Origin: Octopus vulgaris
Lineage: Eukaryota
Assembly (NCBI GenBank): GCA_951406725.2
Contig: OX597818.1
Location: 82,770,001 to 82,834,000 of the forward strand
DNA length: 64,000 nucleotides
Reading direction: 5' to 3'
A program made the translations under genes and the position numbers. Below, piece by piece: positions 43,501 to 56,688 of the stretch. The notes under the pieces are model-generated. The model searched no databases and was not told where the DNA came from. It saw only the letters and a list, made by a program, of their open reading frames with translations. Positions within the stretch are counted from its first letter, which is position 1. Every line of letters starts with the position of its first letter.

Positions 43501-44463
43501 GATTAATTATGATCATGATCGTCGTAAAAATCGCCGTCACGAGCATTATTATCATCATAGTGGTCGACGTTCTCACAGCCGCTGCCCCATCTATCACCAA
43601 CACAACCGCCGCCGCCGCCAAAACCACCACCACCACAATTACCTCGACCACCACAACCTCCTCCTCGTACTTCTTTTTATAGTCGTCCTCATCGTCGTTG
43701 TTCCCACCCTTTTCCTTTCTATTCCTCATTTCCATCTTTTATCTTCCCCATCCTCCACAGTACCACCACTACCATGAGCAACACCACTATCACCCCCACC
43801 ACCACCACCATCGTTAATATTAAAAACGATTTTCATCAACATCACTATCCGCCCACCCTGTTCCTGTCTACCCTTCTCCTCACCTGCATCACTATCTTCT
43901 TTATTTATTTTAAAGAGATGACATGCACTGGACATGTCTGCATTTGTAAACTTGTAACAATCTCAATTTCACGTACACGAAATAATGAAAACATAAATAA
44001 TAACATTATTTGAAGTAATAAAAAATATTGGGAAAATAAATATTGAAATCTTAAATATTCGAATAAAATATCTTAGCCCGGAAATAAAACAGGAATTAAA
44101 GACTGCAATTGAAGAAAACCAATTTTTAAAATGAACTTCAGGAAAAAAATTCTCCTCGATGGTAAAAAAGATGAGAAAAAACGAAAGAAAACTGCTATTT
44201 AAAAGCAACGTAATAACAATGGCGTTTTACAAGAGAAACTTGAAGGAAAGAAAATATTTATTAACAGAAACACTACAGAACAACAGCCATAGAAATAATA
44301 TGGATTTACTAGTAATATTAATGCCATTATTATTTCAAATAGCAATGACAATACAGAATTATCAAAAGTAGTGGTAATAACAATTCTATAAGTGTTTTCA
44401 TCCAGAGTCTGTGACCATGCTTAGTCACCGCAGTTGAATTAAAAAATAAAAAAAAAAGGTTTT

Positions 44464-44579
44464 GCTTACAGCTCCTAGGTTTCCCGAGCGGTCACCTATC
44501 TAAATGATAACAAGGTTCGACGTTGCTTACTTAGGTTAGCGGACGAGAGCCGGTGCTTTGAGTGTGTTTCGTACGTGGC
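44464..44579 (-). pseudogene. 5S rRNA pseudogene
   Basis: Reverse complement aaagcaccggctctcgtccgctaacctaagtaagcaacgtcg...ggtgaccgctcgggaaacctaggagctgtaagc follows the invertebrate 5S sequence with many substitutions. A T-run follows on the minus strand. Confidence 0.85.
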
Positions 44580-44595
44580 CAGCAATTTTTAAGGA

Positions 44596-44948
44596 ATTAC
44601 GGAGATGTACTTGCATAGCAAGTGATTTGATCTGAGTGTGCTGGAACGAAAACAATTGCAGCGTGGAAGGTGTTTGTAAGCCATTTAAGAAACACACAAA
44701 AGCCGTTCGATTCACTTCAACATTTAAGTTTAATTTGTCAAAATATTTTTGTCGCTATAAGACCGCGACCTGTTCACTGACAAAAATCCGTGCTGCATCC
44801 GCGGTTACTAAGCATGGCCGCAGACACTGGATGAAAACACTTGTAGAATTGTCGCGGTCTTATAGCGACGAAAATGTTTTGACAAATTAAACTTAAATGT
44901 TGAAGTGAATCGAACGGCTTTTGTGTGTTTCTTAAATGGCTTACAAAC
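44596..44948. mobile_element. Family H3 element in inverted (fold-back) configuration
   Basis: 44596-44800 is the reverse complement of 51182-51394. 44851-44948 is a partial forward copy pairing with ~44672-44768. Confidence 0.85.
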
Positions 44949-45142
44949 AAATTTTTTAAGGAGTAAGCGGGTAAGTGGATTACTTCTACCCCAGTGCGTA
45001 GTTTGTACTTATTTTATAACCTCGAATGGAGGAGTGGCAAAGTTAATCCCAGCGGGATTTCAATTTATAACGGAAAGTATTGGAAGGAATGTCGCTAATC
45101 ATTTTATCAGATGCGCTAAAGATTCTGCCAAGCTGTCGGCTA

Positions 45143-45233
<91 letters not shown>

Positions 45234-45282
45234 TTAATAAAAATAATAATAATAATGATAATAATAATAATAATGATAATAA
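45143..45282. repeat. (AAT)n microsatellite between two SINE B copies
   Basis: Directly visible. Confidence 0.95.
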
Positions 45283-45284
45283 TC

Positions 45285-45492
45285 CTTTCTACTATAAGCA
45301 CAAGGCCTGAAATTGGGAGATGGGTATAGTCGATTTAATCAACCCCAAAGTTTCACTGGTACTTAATTTATCGACACCAAAAGATTCAAAAGCAAAGTCG
45401 ACCTCGGCGGAATTTGAACTCAGAACGTAGCAACGAGACACATACCGCTAAGTTTATCGCCCGGCGTGGTAATGAGTCTGCCAGTACACAGC
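45285..45492 (-). mobile_element. SINE family B
   Basis: aaagtcgacctcggcggaatttgaactcagaacgta. Confidence 0.85.
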
Positions 45493-45622
45493 CTTTAATA
45501 ATAATAAAAAACTTTATTTAGGGATCTTTCGAGCGGGATAGGTTACTCGATCTGAAAAATATTCTAACTGGAACCTATTTGCAAGGTCATGCACTGTTTA
45601 TCTTGATATATATATAGATAAG

Positions 45623-46006
45623 AAAGAGGGACAGAAATTCAAGATCAAATCTAACTTTACTTGTGCCTCTGAAAATATAATTTATGTCATAAAATGCTCG
45701 GGCTGCCACCAAGACTACGTGGGATCCACGGGACTATCACTCAGACGTAGATGCACACTGCATCGACAACAGATTGCATTCCCAGAATACAGAATGATAC
45801 CTTCTAGTGAGCACATTGAGAAATGCGCAAAGCAACTACTACCACAATTTTTAATCTTTCCATTTTACCAATGTGCTATCGGATCATCAACACAAATTAG
45901 ACTAAACAAGGAAACATTCTTCATTGAAAAGTTCAAGCCCAGACTTAACCATGCCAACATACTGATACAGAGAAATTCACACCAAGGGAAAGGAAAAAAA
46001 ATTTAA
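45623..46006 (+). mobile_element. Penelope-like retroelement 3' fragment: GIY-YIG endonuclease domain
   Basis: Open frame KEGQKFKIKSNFTCASENIIYVIKCSGCHQDYVGSTGLSLRRRCTLHRQ...EHIEKC...RLNKETFFIEKFKPRLN has the PLE GIY-YIG signature (IY...CxxC...YVG.T, R, H, H, E, LN). 5'-truncated at a short TA run. Confidence 0.9.
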
Positions 46007-46120
46007 GCGATTATCTCCCTTACACCGGAAGAAATCACTCATTATCTCCCCTTATTTAGAACTCTTTTAAACATAAACATAACGATAACTCTGTTCAACA
46101 TAAACATAACGTCATAAGAC

Positions 46121-46148
46121 ATTTGAAAAGCTAAACGCGAAACCGGTC
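46121..46148 (+). ncRNA. Degenerate minimal hammerhead downstream of the PLE ORF
   Basis: TTGAAAA-GC-taaac-GC-GAAA-ccgg-TC with palindromic ACCGGT stem III and a GUC triplet. Confidence 0.45.
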
Positions 46149-46267
46149 TTTCTTCTAAATTATGTCATTGTAAGAAAAATTTTTTTAATATTCTTCAGAC
46201 ATATTGACGCATATATATATTTTTTTTAACCTTTAAGCCTTCTGTAGTTTTTTCACTTTTTACTATT

Positions 46268-46322
<55 letters not shown>

Positions 46323-46436
46323 TAAATAGATGTTTGTGTATATACACAAACAAAATTACATATGCACAGATATGTATATATATGTACAGATATATATGTA
46401 TACATACATATATACATACATACATACATACATACA

Positions 46437-46499
<63 letters not shown>

Positions 46500-47200
46500 A
46501 TATAAGGTTGTCAAGAAAGTTCTGGCGGAATTTTAAATTTTTGTTTTAAATGATGTATTTTCAAATTAAAGTTCGTTAAATTACGTTGACTTTATATATC
46601 ATTTTAAAAAAGCAAATTTGCACAATTTTCTTATTCCAGCTCGCGATATCAACGATGCGTTTGGCTCAGGAACCATTAAAGTGGATTCTTTACGACAACC
46701 AGCGACGCTCAGCTCAGTGGTTGGACGCCGACGAAACTTCACGGCACTTCCGAAAGCCAAATTTGCACCAAAAGAAGGACATGGTGACTGTTTGGTGGTA
46801 TGCGGCCGGTCTCATCCATCACAGCTTTTTCGATCCAGGCGAAACCATTACGGCGGAGAAGTACTGACAGCAACACCAAGTATTGGCCAATAGAAAAGGA
46901 CCAATCCCCTTCATGACAACGCTCAGCTGCACATCGCACAACTGACCCTGCAGAAGTTGAACGAATTGGGCTACGAAACCCTGCCTCATCCGCCATACTC
47001 ACCAAACCTCTCGCCTACCGACTACCACTTTTTCAAGCATCTCGACATCATCCTGAGTGAGAAATGCTTCAAAAACCAAGACAATGTCAAACACACCTTC
47101 AACTACTTCATCGCCACCAGAACGTAGGCCTTTTACGCTACTGGCACAAATAAACTTGTTTGGCGTTGGCAAAAGTGTGTTGATTCTGATGGTTTGTTAC
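46500..47200 (+). mobile_element. Decayed mariner transposase (Hsmar1/SETMAR-like), internally deleted
   Basis: Fragments ARDINDAFGSGT, KWILYDNQRRSAQWLD, MVTVWW...GETITAEKY, HDNAQLH...LPHPPYSPNLSPTDYHFFKHLD and RWQKCVDSDG, with frameshifts and stops. Confidence 0.95.
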
Positions 47201-47533
47201 ATACTTATTCTAAAAGTATTGACTGATCTTTTGTTCTATGTTGAATTTTTCTTTACATATAACTTGACTATCTTTATATATATATATGTATGTGTGTGTG
47301 TATGTCCATATCTATAATAAAAACACAATGCTTTAAATGGATGCATTGTTAAAAGTGTGCAACGTTTGTGTAATTATGAAAAGTTAAGACGGGAAACGAG
47401 ATTATTAGCGCACATAATTATTAATTACGTTTTTAAATGTCAATCTAATTAATGGACATATTTGGATAAGGATACACAATATACTGAGAATATCACGGAT
47501 ATATAACAGAAACAAAATACAATGAAAACTGTC

Positions 47534-47606
<73 letters not shown>

Positions 47607-48373
47607 GTATATATGTATGTGTCTATGCGTCTGTGTGTATCTAGGTGTGTTTTATTGTTTGATAGGAATGTAAAAGTGCGTGAAAAAACAACAGTATGGG
47701 CACTAATCGTTTGTAAATAACTCTCCGATATTTTATCACGCAGAATACATTTTAGAAAACTGATCTTCGGACAGACACCTACTGTTCGTGAAATGGCGGG
47801 TCATATTTTAATTGTGCTGGTCTTAACTAATAAATGAGTTGATATGAAGAGAAAAATATATTCAAAGCAAAAACAGTATGCCATATATTACTTAGTCAAA
47901 GCAGACCGGATAGAACAAGAAGAAGAAGAAGAAAAACAATAACAGCAAAGCAACAACAACAACGACAGTAATAACAGCCACGAAAGATGATAAGAACGGC
48001 GACAGTAATAGCTTTAAGGTCAACAGCAGCATAATAACTGATTCAACAATAGCAGCAACACCATTAACTATATATTACACCGAAGCCAAACGATCTGTCA
48101 TTGAGAGCCAACCCACTCATCAAACATTCGCGCACAACATGCAGCCAATCTCTCATTCATTAATAACCCAACTCCCAAACTCCCAAACCCTCTTCTTTAA
48201 TGGCAACGACCGCCATATTTTGCTCCAATAAAATGCCTTATCTGTATTACTAATTAGAAATATTAAGATATACATTCGATAGAAATTAATTTCCAGCCTG
48301 TTTCCGTACGTCGATCTAATCTGCTTTCGTAGACTGCATTTAGCAACACCAAAATCGATTTATCTATGATGCG

Positions 48374-48374
<1 letters not shown>

Positions 48375-48418
<44 letters not shown>

Positions 48419-48584
48419 GTTGTTGCTGTTGTTGTTGTTGTTGTTGTTGCATTCATTGGTGTAGTTGTTGCTAGTGTTTATATCCGCTGGTATTGGTGGT
48501 AGTGGCGGAGATTTATAACTATCTTACATCCCAAATCCCCAAATAGATATGACCGCTTTCAGAATTATCTCGGTATTATTATTA

Positions 48585-48616
<32 letters not shown>

Positions 48617-48621
48617 GTTGC

Positions 48622-48666
<45 letters not shown>

Positions 48667-48841
48667 GTGGCATTTCATCCGACTTTACATTCTGAGTTCA
48701 AGTTCCGCAGAGGTCAAATTTACCTTATATCCTTTCGGGGTTGATATATTAAGTACCAATGAAACACTGGGGGCGATGTAATCGATTATTTCCCCATCCA
48801 ATGTTTCAGGCCTTGTGCTTTTAGTAGAAAATATTATTATT

Positions 48842-48900
<59 letters not shown>

Positions 48901-48935
48901 AATTATTATTATCATCATCATCATCATCATCATCA

Positions 48936-49002
<67 letters not shown>

Positions 49003-49017
49003 CATCATCATAATAAT

Positions 49018-49077
<60 letters not shown>
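48375..49077. repeat. (ATT)/(GTT)/(CAT) microsatellites around a partial SINE B (48665-48830, +)
   Basis: Directly visible. The SINE block cctttcggggttgata is present. Confidence 0.9.
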
Positions 49078-49078
<1 letters not shown>

Positions 49079-49856
49079 TATAATATTATTTTATTATAGA
49101 TTTTATATAAATTATAAAATTAATGGTTTACATATAATTCAATGATAATATTCTTGGTAATTCTACTGCTGGAAAATAATGTTCCCTTTTGTTCCAGGTG
49201 ATATTTATTACGGACCCTTGTGGAAGGACAATGTCTATGGCGCCTGTTTTACAGTGCGACCTACGCCTTACACAAAGAAGCCAACAGTCACAGCGCTATC
49301 TTCGATAACCCAAAAACAATAACACTACAGCAGCAACAACAATAGAATATATCCGAATGTAGTAGACAAGACCAGTTTCAGACAAAGCATATATAGTAAT
49401 AATTAGCGTATATGTCAAAGGGTAAAGAGACTTAAATAACGTCGTTATTTCCTCTAGATACGTTGCCGCAAAAGGTTATTGACTAGCTAAACATAACCTC
49501 TATGGATGTCAACGAGATAAATGCAGTTTATAAATGGTGATTGAATACATACACGCTGTATCAAAAGATTGTAGTCAATAGATTGTAGTTTATAGATACT
49601 AACTTGTTAGATATAAGACTATTGATGTTCACTAAATAGATAACCGGAGCAGTCTCCAGATTAAGACAGAACATTCTGTATTTAATCTACGTTTTTCTTC
49701 TGGTTAGATAAACAATGTGTTCAATATATAATACCGACCAGCTTTCCTTAGAATATAGCTGTCACCTATTAAGTTCTAAGCTAAAGCAATATTTAACTAA
49801 TATAGGAAGGTTTATACTCATACTGACAGTGTTAACTACTCAGATTCAAAATTACA

Positions 49857-49902
<46 letters not shown>

Positions 49903-49927
49903 ATCTATCTTATATATCTATCTATCA

Positions 49928-49968
<41 letters not shown>

Positions 49969-49985
49969 CTACTATCTATCTGTAT

Positions 49986-50490
<505 letters not shown>

Positions 50491-50500
50491 ATGTATCATT

Positions 50501-50531
<31 letters not shown>

Positions 50532-50759
50532 AGTTCCTTGAACTTGTGCAACCAGTCATTGAGGTGCTCGCTGCAGATGCTTTTGCAGTCAGACGTCGCC
50601 ACTGGTCTCTTTTCTTTGTCAGCTAATCCTTCGCCCTCCTAAAACTATTCCATCTAGGATAGTTTTGGACAGGGAATTATGGTGGCGTTCGTCACGGCAT
50701 GAGGCCCAAAAAAAGTTATAAGAAATCATACAATCGATGATTTGCAATTTCAAATCGAT

Positions 50760-50947
50760 TTTTCAATATTACGGTGTTAGGGCAAGTTTTCAAGTAATCT
50801 TTGGAGAAATGCTATTGTAAGCTGATTTTCCTCTTCTGTAGTGTGTATGAAGAGTTGCTTTGTGTCGCTATAGCAAGCCAATCAGCTCAGAACGCAATTT
50901 CTCCAAAGAGTTTCTGTGTAGGGATCCTAATGCTAAAACATTGAAAT
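50760..50947. mobile_element. Degenerate MITE-like inverted repeat
   Basis: tctttggagaaat...agctgatt pairs with aatcagct...atttctccaaaga. Outer tttcaat / attgaaa. Confidence 0.55.
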
Positions 50948-51131
50948 AAAGGTACAAACAATCAACTTGTATTTTTTTTTTAATATTCTCTTTCATGCAA
51001 AATATACCACACACACTCACACACACACACACATTATAAATAAACATAGCTTATTCTGAGGTAGATGACTAGCTTCGTAATACAGTGGATAGTGTACCCG
51101 ATCTTTGATTCCGTATCTCACTTCACTGTGC

Positions 51132-51178
<47 letters not shown>

Positions 51179-51181
51179 ACA

Positions 51182-51394
51182 CACGGAGATGCAGCACGGA
51201 CTTTGTCAGTGAACAGGTCGCGGATTTTAGCGACGAGAAAAATATTTTGACAAATTAAACTTAAATGTTGAAGTGAATCGAACGGCTTTTGTGTGTTTCT
51301 TAAATGGCTTATAAACACCTTCCACGCTGCAATTGTTTTCGTTTCAGCACACGATCTCAGATCAAATTACTTGCTATGCGAGTACATCTCCGTA
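51182..51394 (+). mobile_element. Short HHR-bearing element, family H3
   Basis: Near-identical to the reverse complement of 44596-44800. (TA)n on both sides. HHR-like fold at 51202-51254. Confidence 0.85.
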
Positions 51395-51425
<31 letters not shown>

Positions 51426-51477
51426 CATGATTTAGGACTCATTTGATAAAAAAAAGAAATTTCCTCTGTGTGATTAT

Positions 51478-51772
51478 TGTTGTTCGTTCCTTCTCAAGCC
51501 ACGCCTGGCTCATAGGGCCGGTTTCCTTGGTGTATAGGTTCCCCACCTGGACGGGACGCTGATCCGTCGCAGGTGAGCTGCAAGATGCTGGAGGAGAAGT
51601 GAGAGAAAGTTGTGGCGAAGGAGTCAGCATGTGTTCGCCATTACCCTCTGCGGGAGCAGCGTGGATCTTAGGTGATTCGCTCATAAAAACACATATCGCC
51701 CGGTCTGAGATTCGAACCTGCGATCCCTCGACCGCGAGTCAGCTGCTCTAACCACTAGGCCATGTGCCTCCA
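51478..51772 (-). mobile_element. SINE family C, full length
   Basis: Reverse complement has tggcctagtggttagagc (A box), ggttcgaatc (B box) and cctgcgacggatcagcgtcccgtccagg. Confidence 0.85.
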
Positions 51773-52530
51773 CCGGTGTGAATATAGGGACTAACAATTT
51801 AAACAACAGCGGGTACTTAATAGTCAGCATTAATTGGAAAATATTGATTGCATTTAAATATGCACATTTAATTAATTAAGATTACATTTATATGTAATTA
51901 CTTAATTTTAATTAATTTTATTTTTATTTTCATCAATATTAATTTACATTTCTAATTCTTAGGATTATCAGATCAAGAAAATATTCTACAACTTAAGTAT
52001 CTTGTCATTGTTATTTACGCTCATTTATTATTGAACATCAGTAATTACAGAATTATAAATATGTTTTGAAAACGATCAAATAAATATATTTCATATTCAA
52101 AGACTTATCATATGTATTTTAATGCATCATCTTCTCTATTTACGATATCCATCCGTCAGAGGGTGGAGGACCAGGAAGTTATTTTAAAGGAAGAATGATT
52201 ATTTGCGCAGTGACTTTGTTGAATACAGTGACTAGAGCAAGTAAAGAGGTCAGTGAATGGCGTTGGAAGTAGCAGATAAACAAGAAGCGTTATTTGCCTC
52301 ATCCTTCTCTTTGCATTCCACAATGCGTTTCTACAGTCGTCTCGGCCAGCCGTTGAACCATGAAGGTTTCTTCTGCAGGGTCCGCTGGATCCATTCTTCA
52401 CATGCATATTTAGGCAAGTCCTAATATGTTAATTATCCTATTAATGGGACGCTAACAGGCACTACAACTCCGGGTTATACATACATATAAATATACAAAC
52501 ATTCATAATTACATACATATATATTTAAAT

Positions 52531-52927
52531 AGGCGCAGGAGCGGCTGTGTGGAAAGTAGCTTGCTAACCAACCACATGATTCCGGGTTCAGTCCCATTGC
52601 GTGGCATCTTGGGCAAGTGTCTTCTACTATAGTCTCGGGCCGACCAAAACTTTGTAAGTGGATTTGTTAGACGGAAACTGAAAGAAGCCTGTCGTATATA
52701 TGTGCATATATATGTATATGTATGTGTGTGTATATGTTAGTGTGTCTGTGTTTGTCTCTAGCATTGCTTGACAACCGATGCTGGTGTATTTACGTCCCCG
52801 TCAACTAGCGGTTCGGCAAAAGAGACCGATAGAATAAGTACTAGGCTTACAAAGAATAAGTCCCGGGGTCGATTTGCTCGACTGAAGGTGGTGCTCCAGC
52901 ATGGCTGCAGTCAAATGACTGAAACAA

Positions 52928-52935
<8 letters not shown>
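52531..52935 (+). mobile_element. SINE family A, full length, tail expanded into (GA)n
   Basis: Family match. (GA)n continues to ~52989. Confidence 0.92.
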
Positions 52936-52990
<55 letters not shown>

Positions 52991-53373
52991 AATGCATTTC
53001 TGTACGTGTGTGTGGGTAAATAATATGTATATGCATAGGTAAGAATGCGAGCACACAGAATCTTTAGTACAACGTGAAAAACTTCTTAGAGGTATTTCTC
53101 CTGGGTTATCGTTCTAAACTCAAACTCAGCATTTATCGCCTCCTCGGGTTCGATTGATGGATTGGGGGAGGGTGAGGGTGTCATTGTAAAATACTACTCC
53201 TGTCACTGTAATCGAATTGTCCCTCCCTTTCCCTACAAATTACTGTTCTTGAACCCAGTAATGGAGCAACTTCCCATAGAGGAGGAATATTGTGATTGCG
53301 GTCACCTATGCACCATTGAACTCGAGTAACTGCGTTTATGAGTATAAGAGCTGAAAAAAATGCAATATATCTA

Positions 53374-53436
<63 letters not shown>

Positions 53437-53989
53437 ACATATATATATATATATATACGGACCAACTACTTCAGGAGAAAATCATTTGCGACGGTATTAT
53501 TGACTCTGTTATTATCTAGTGTAACAATTAAAAATGATAAAAACAGAACCAGTAATATAGGCAATAAATAGCTGAGCAATTAAAATTTATATCAATCAAA
53601 GGATCTACTAAGTATACCTACCTGCTGGAAATAACTGTCAAAACGCTTATTTAAATCCCTGAAAAGAAAAATCACTGATAATAGCTACAGAAATCAACCG
53701 TCTGCAAGCAAACGGATGAAGAAAATCTTTCAACATACATTCATGTATGTAGACTCATGTGGCTCGGTGTCTGAACTAGCATTATAGACTAATATTCATC
53801 ATCACGTGTTACCACGATGAACAACCCGACACGTTGAAGTCTGCGCAGCATCTGATTTATTTTGCGCCAAATCATAGCAGTCACTATGTCGTTTGATTAA
53901 TATACATATCTATATATATGTATGTATGTATATATATATATACACACACATATGTATATGTTTATATATATATATATATATATATGGGA

Positions 53990-54055
53990 CCATGCTGATG
54001 ATGGCTGCACTTTTCCTTGCGGAAAATAACAGCCGAAACTGAATTTAGTACATGG
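53990..54055 (+). ncRNA. Type I hammerhead ribozyme, apparently intact
   Basis: CCATG-CTGATGA-T-GGCTG-(cac ttttcc ttgc ggaaaa taa)-CAGCC-GAA-ACTGA-AT-TTAGT-A-CATGG. All three stems pair and all core nucleotides are present. Predicted cleavage after GUA (A54050). Confidence 0.85.
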
Positions 54056-54209
54056 GTAAATATTTATTTCGTATATTTTTCACTTGTTTATTGTTTTGGT
54101 TTTGTGTTGAGTTTGATCTGAGAACATAGACTTTTTGTGGAGAATGGCGATTTGACGTCTATATCTAGCATGTTGACTGTCCACTTTTTCGTGTTCAGTC
54201 CTTAATTGG

Positions 54210-54241
<32 letters not shown>

Positions 54242-54312
54242 CATATAATCACTCATATATATATACACGTACAGATATGTATTTGCGTGTATGTGTATAT
54301 ACTCATACATAC

Positions 54313-54348
<36 letters not shown>

Positions 54349-56639
54349 GATAGATTGCCGTTAATTCATTCTCTTTTACCTGTTTGTGTTTGCCTTTCAA
54401 ATGCTGTGCCTTTACTGTGATCTCCCTTTTAGTAGAAGAAATAGCTATAATCTCTTTGACTGCTATTTCTAAATTCGGTGTGTGGTAAGGCAATTCGTTG
54501 CTAAACCCTTAATTGCTTATATATATATATATATATATAAGAATAAATGTTTTTATATATAATGAACGTGAAATACAGGAAGGGACGAACACGGAACACA
54601 GACAAATCATTCGAAGCCTTCAATCTTCAGTCAGACACCGAATCATCATAGCAAATTTCGGCTGTTCAATTCTGATATTTGCTCCAACTCGGCCAGCCCC
54701 AAGAAAAAAAACTAAGCTGTAAGCATTAGATTTCTTGGTAGAAGACAGGAATGTGAACGCACAAGACGGATGTAAATACAATATATATGTATATATATGC
54801 ATAGATCCACACACATATACATACATACGATCTCACACATAACTAACATTGTGTCATTTTATGAATCTTGGGTTGTCTCCCTTAGCCCATCTTATTTCTC
54901 TTATGAGTCATATATTCACTCATATAAATCATGGTAATTTGGTGATTAGCATCTCTTAGCTCCCTCGTTGACGTATTGCCAACCACTGAACTTCCATTAC
55001 CATCTACATTTTTTAAAAAGCATACTTTGTGGCAGCTGCATTAAAAGGGTGCATTATAAAGCTCTGCTGCCCCCAATTCGATGAGTATATGCGTCATAGG
55101 ATTTTAAGAATTATAATTTATCGTTATAGAAAATCTGCGTAATTTTTGAGCATTTTGAAAAACGTGATTTTTATATATTTGATGTATATAAATATATAAA
55201 TTAAATAGATAAGCAGTCGTTTTCAGTATGTTTTTTAAATTGTTATAACATTTGCGCCTGCATTATTTTATTCTTCACACAGTGTGTGCCAGGACATTGA
55301 TCGATGCTGTGTCAAGAAATCGCATAAAAAAAGTGAAATACGTAAAATAAGATAAAAAATCCTTTTTAATATGGACACTAGGCCTGAAATTTTGAGGAAT
55401 AGATACATTTATTTACCAGATACAGGTGTAAAGTCTGGAATTATTGAACATAAAAGAGACGTAACATGGGACATTTGGGAAGTTGCGTTGTTTATGCATT
55501 GATTAAAATATCATTGAAGTCTAGCACTAATTGGAAAAATATGTCGTAGAAGATTTTAAAAAAAACGTCGTAAATAAAGTCCATAAGAAATAACTACCTG
55601 AGTGTCATAAGACTCATAGGGCTGGTTACTCGAGTGTTATTGCTTATAAATGAGACCTGAATGCCAGTGCTGAAAAGGATGCTAGTCTGTTGCAGAATTA
55701 CTCATACCTGAGTTGAATGGAGGGATTTGCAATACTGTCTTTTTTTCTTCTTTTTGGCTTAAAAACACAGGACATCGATCAGTCCAGGAATCGAAATAGT
55801 GACTTTCCGTTCGTAGGCGCAATATCTTAACCTCTAGATCACACGCCTTCATAGAAGATAAGATATACATAATTTAGCCTATAACCCCTTTGATTAAAAA
55901 AATACAGAAACAGAGGTTCTTGGAGGTAAAGAGCTAAAGCACCATGATAGCAATACGCCCCCTAGATTTGAACCGTTTATCGGTGCAGCTGTAGTCCACT
56001 ATGTTATCTGTTGTTCCGGTTCGTGCCATCACTGTACTTTCCGTTCTTCGTTATATATTCCACTGCCCTCTTTTATTTTATCATATCTAACTTTGTAAGA
56101 GTTCTGTTTACAATTTGTATCTGACATATTTCTCCTGCATTCACGTTTTTGTGGAATGCGTTGATCTTAATCTGGATTCTTCAATGTCAGGCGCCTGTCA
56201 CGATCATCACCGGTGAATAACAAGCGAACAGTTGTAAGGTTTGAATGCAATGTAATGGCAGAAAATATACACGTATTGATGTCTGTATGTATAGGTGATT
56301 ATATATGTAAATGTATGTATGCATGTATATTTATACAGCTGTATCTGTATGTAATATGTATGCGTGTAAGGATATACGCATACTAGTGCATACTGGTATG
56401 TAATAGAATATATACAAACTAGTACTCAAGAACATGCAAAGATTGTGTCAGTGCGTATGTGTGTGTGTTTGTGCATATCTGTGCGCACAGGAGAGAGTGC
56501 ACACAAATCTGCACATTCAAGTATAGACATGAATATAGAAGCATGTATGTGTGCATGTACATATATATGTATGTATACACACACACACATATATATATAC
56601 ATATATATGTAGGTGTATAAACACATGCACGCTATATTG

Positions 56640-56688
<49 letters not shown>

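Noticed and set aside
42681-43735. Overlapping 113-273 aa low-complexity ORFs
   Set aside because: Product of CTT/CCT repeats that lack stop codons.
47914-48230. ~105-codon stop-free frame
   Set aside because: The first half derives from decayed AAC/AGC repeats. No early ATG, splice support or recognisable homology.
51700-51772. tRNA-like sequence
   Set aside because: It is the head of a SINE, continuing into the shared SINE body, with no convincing acceptor stem.
54600-54700. Minus-strand CTGAAGA...GAA and GGCTG...CAGCC-GAAA fragments
   Set aside because: Could not be assembled into one hammerhead with correct order and stems.
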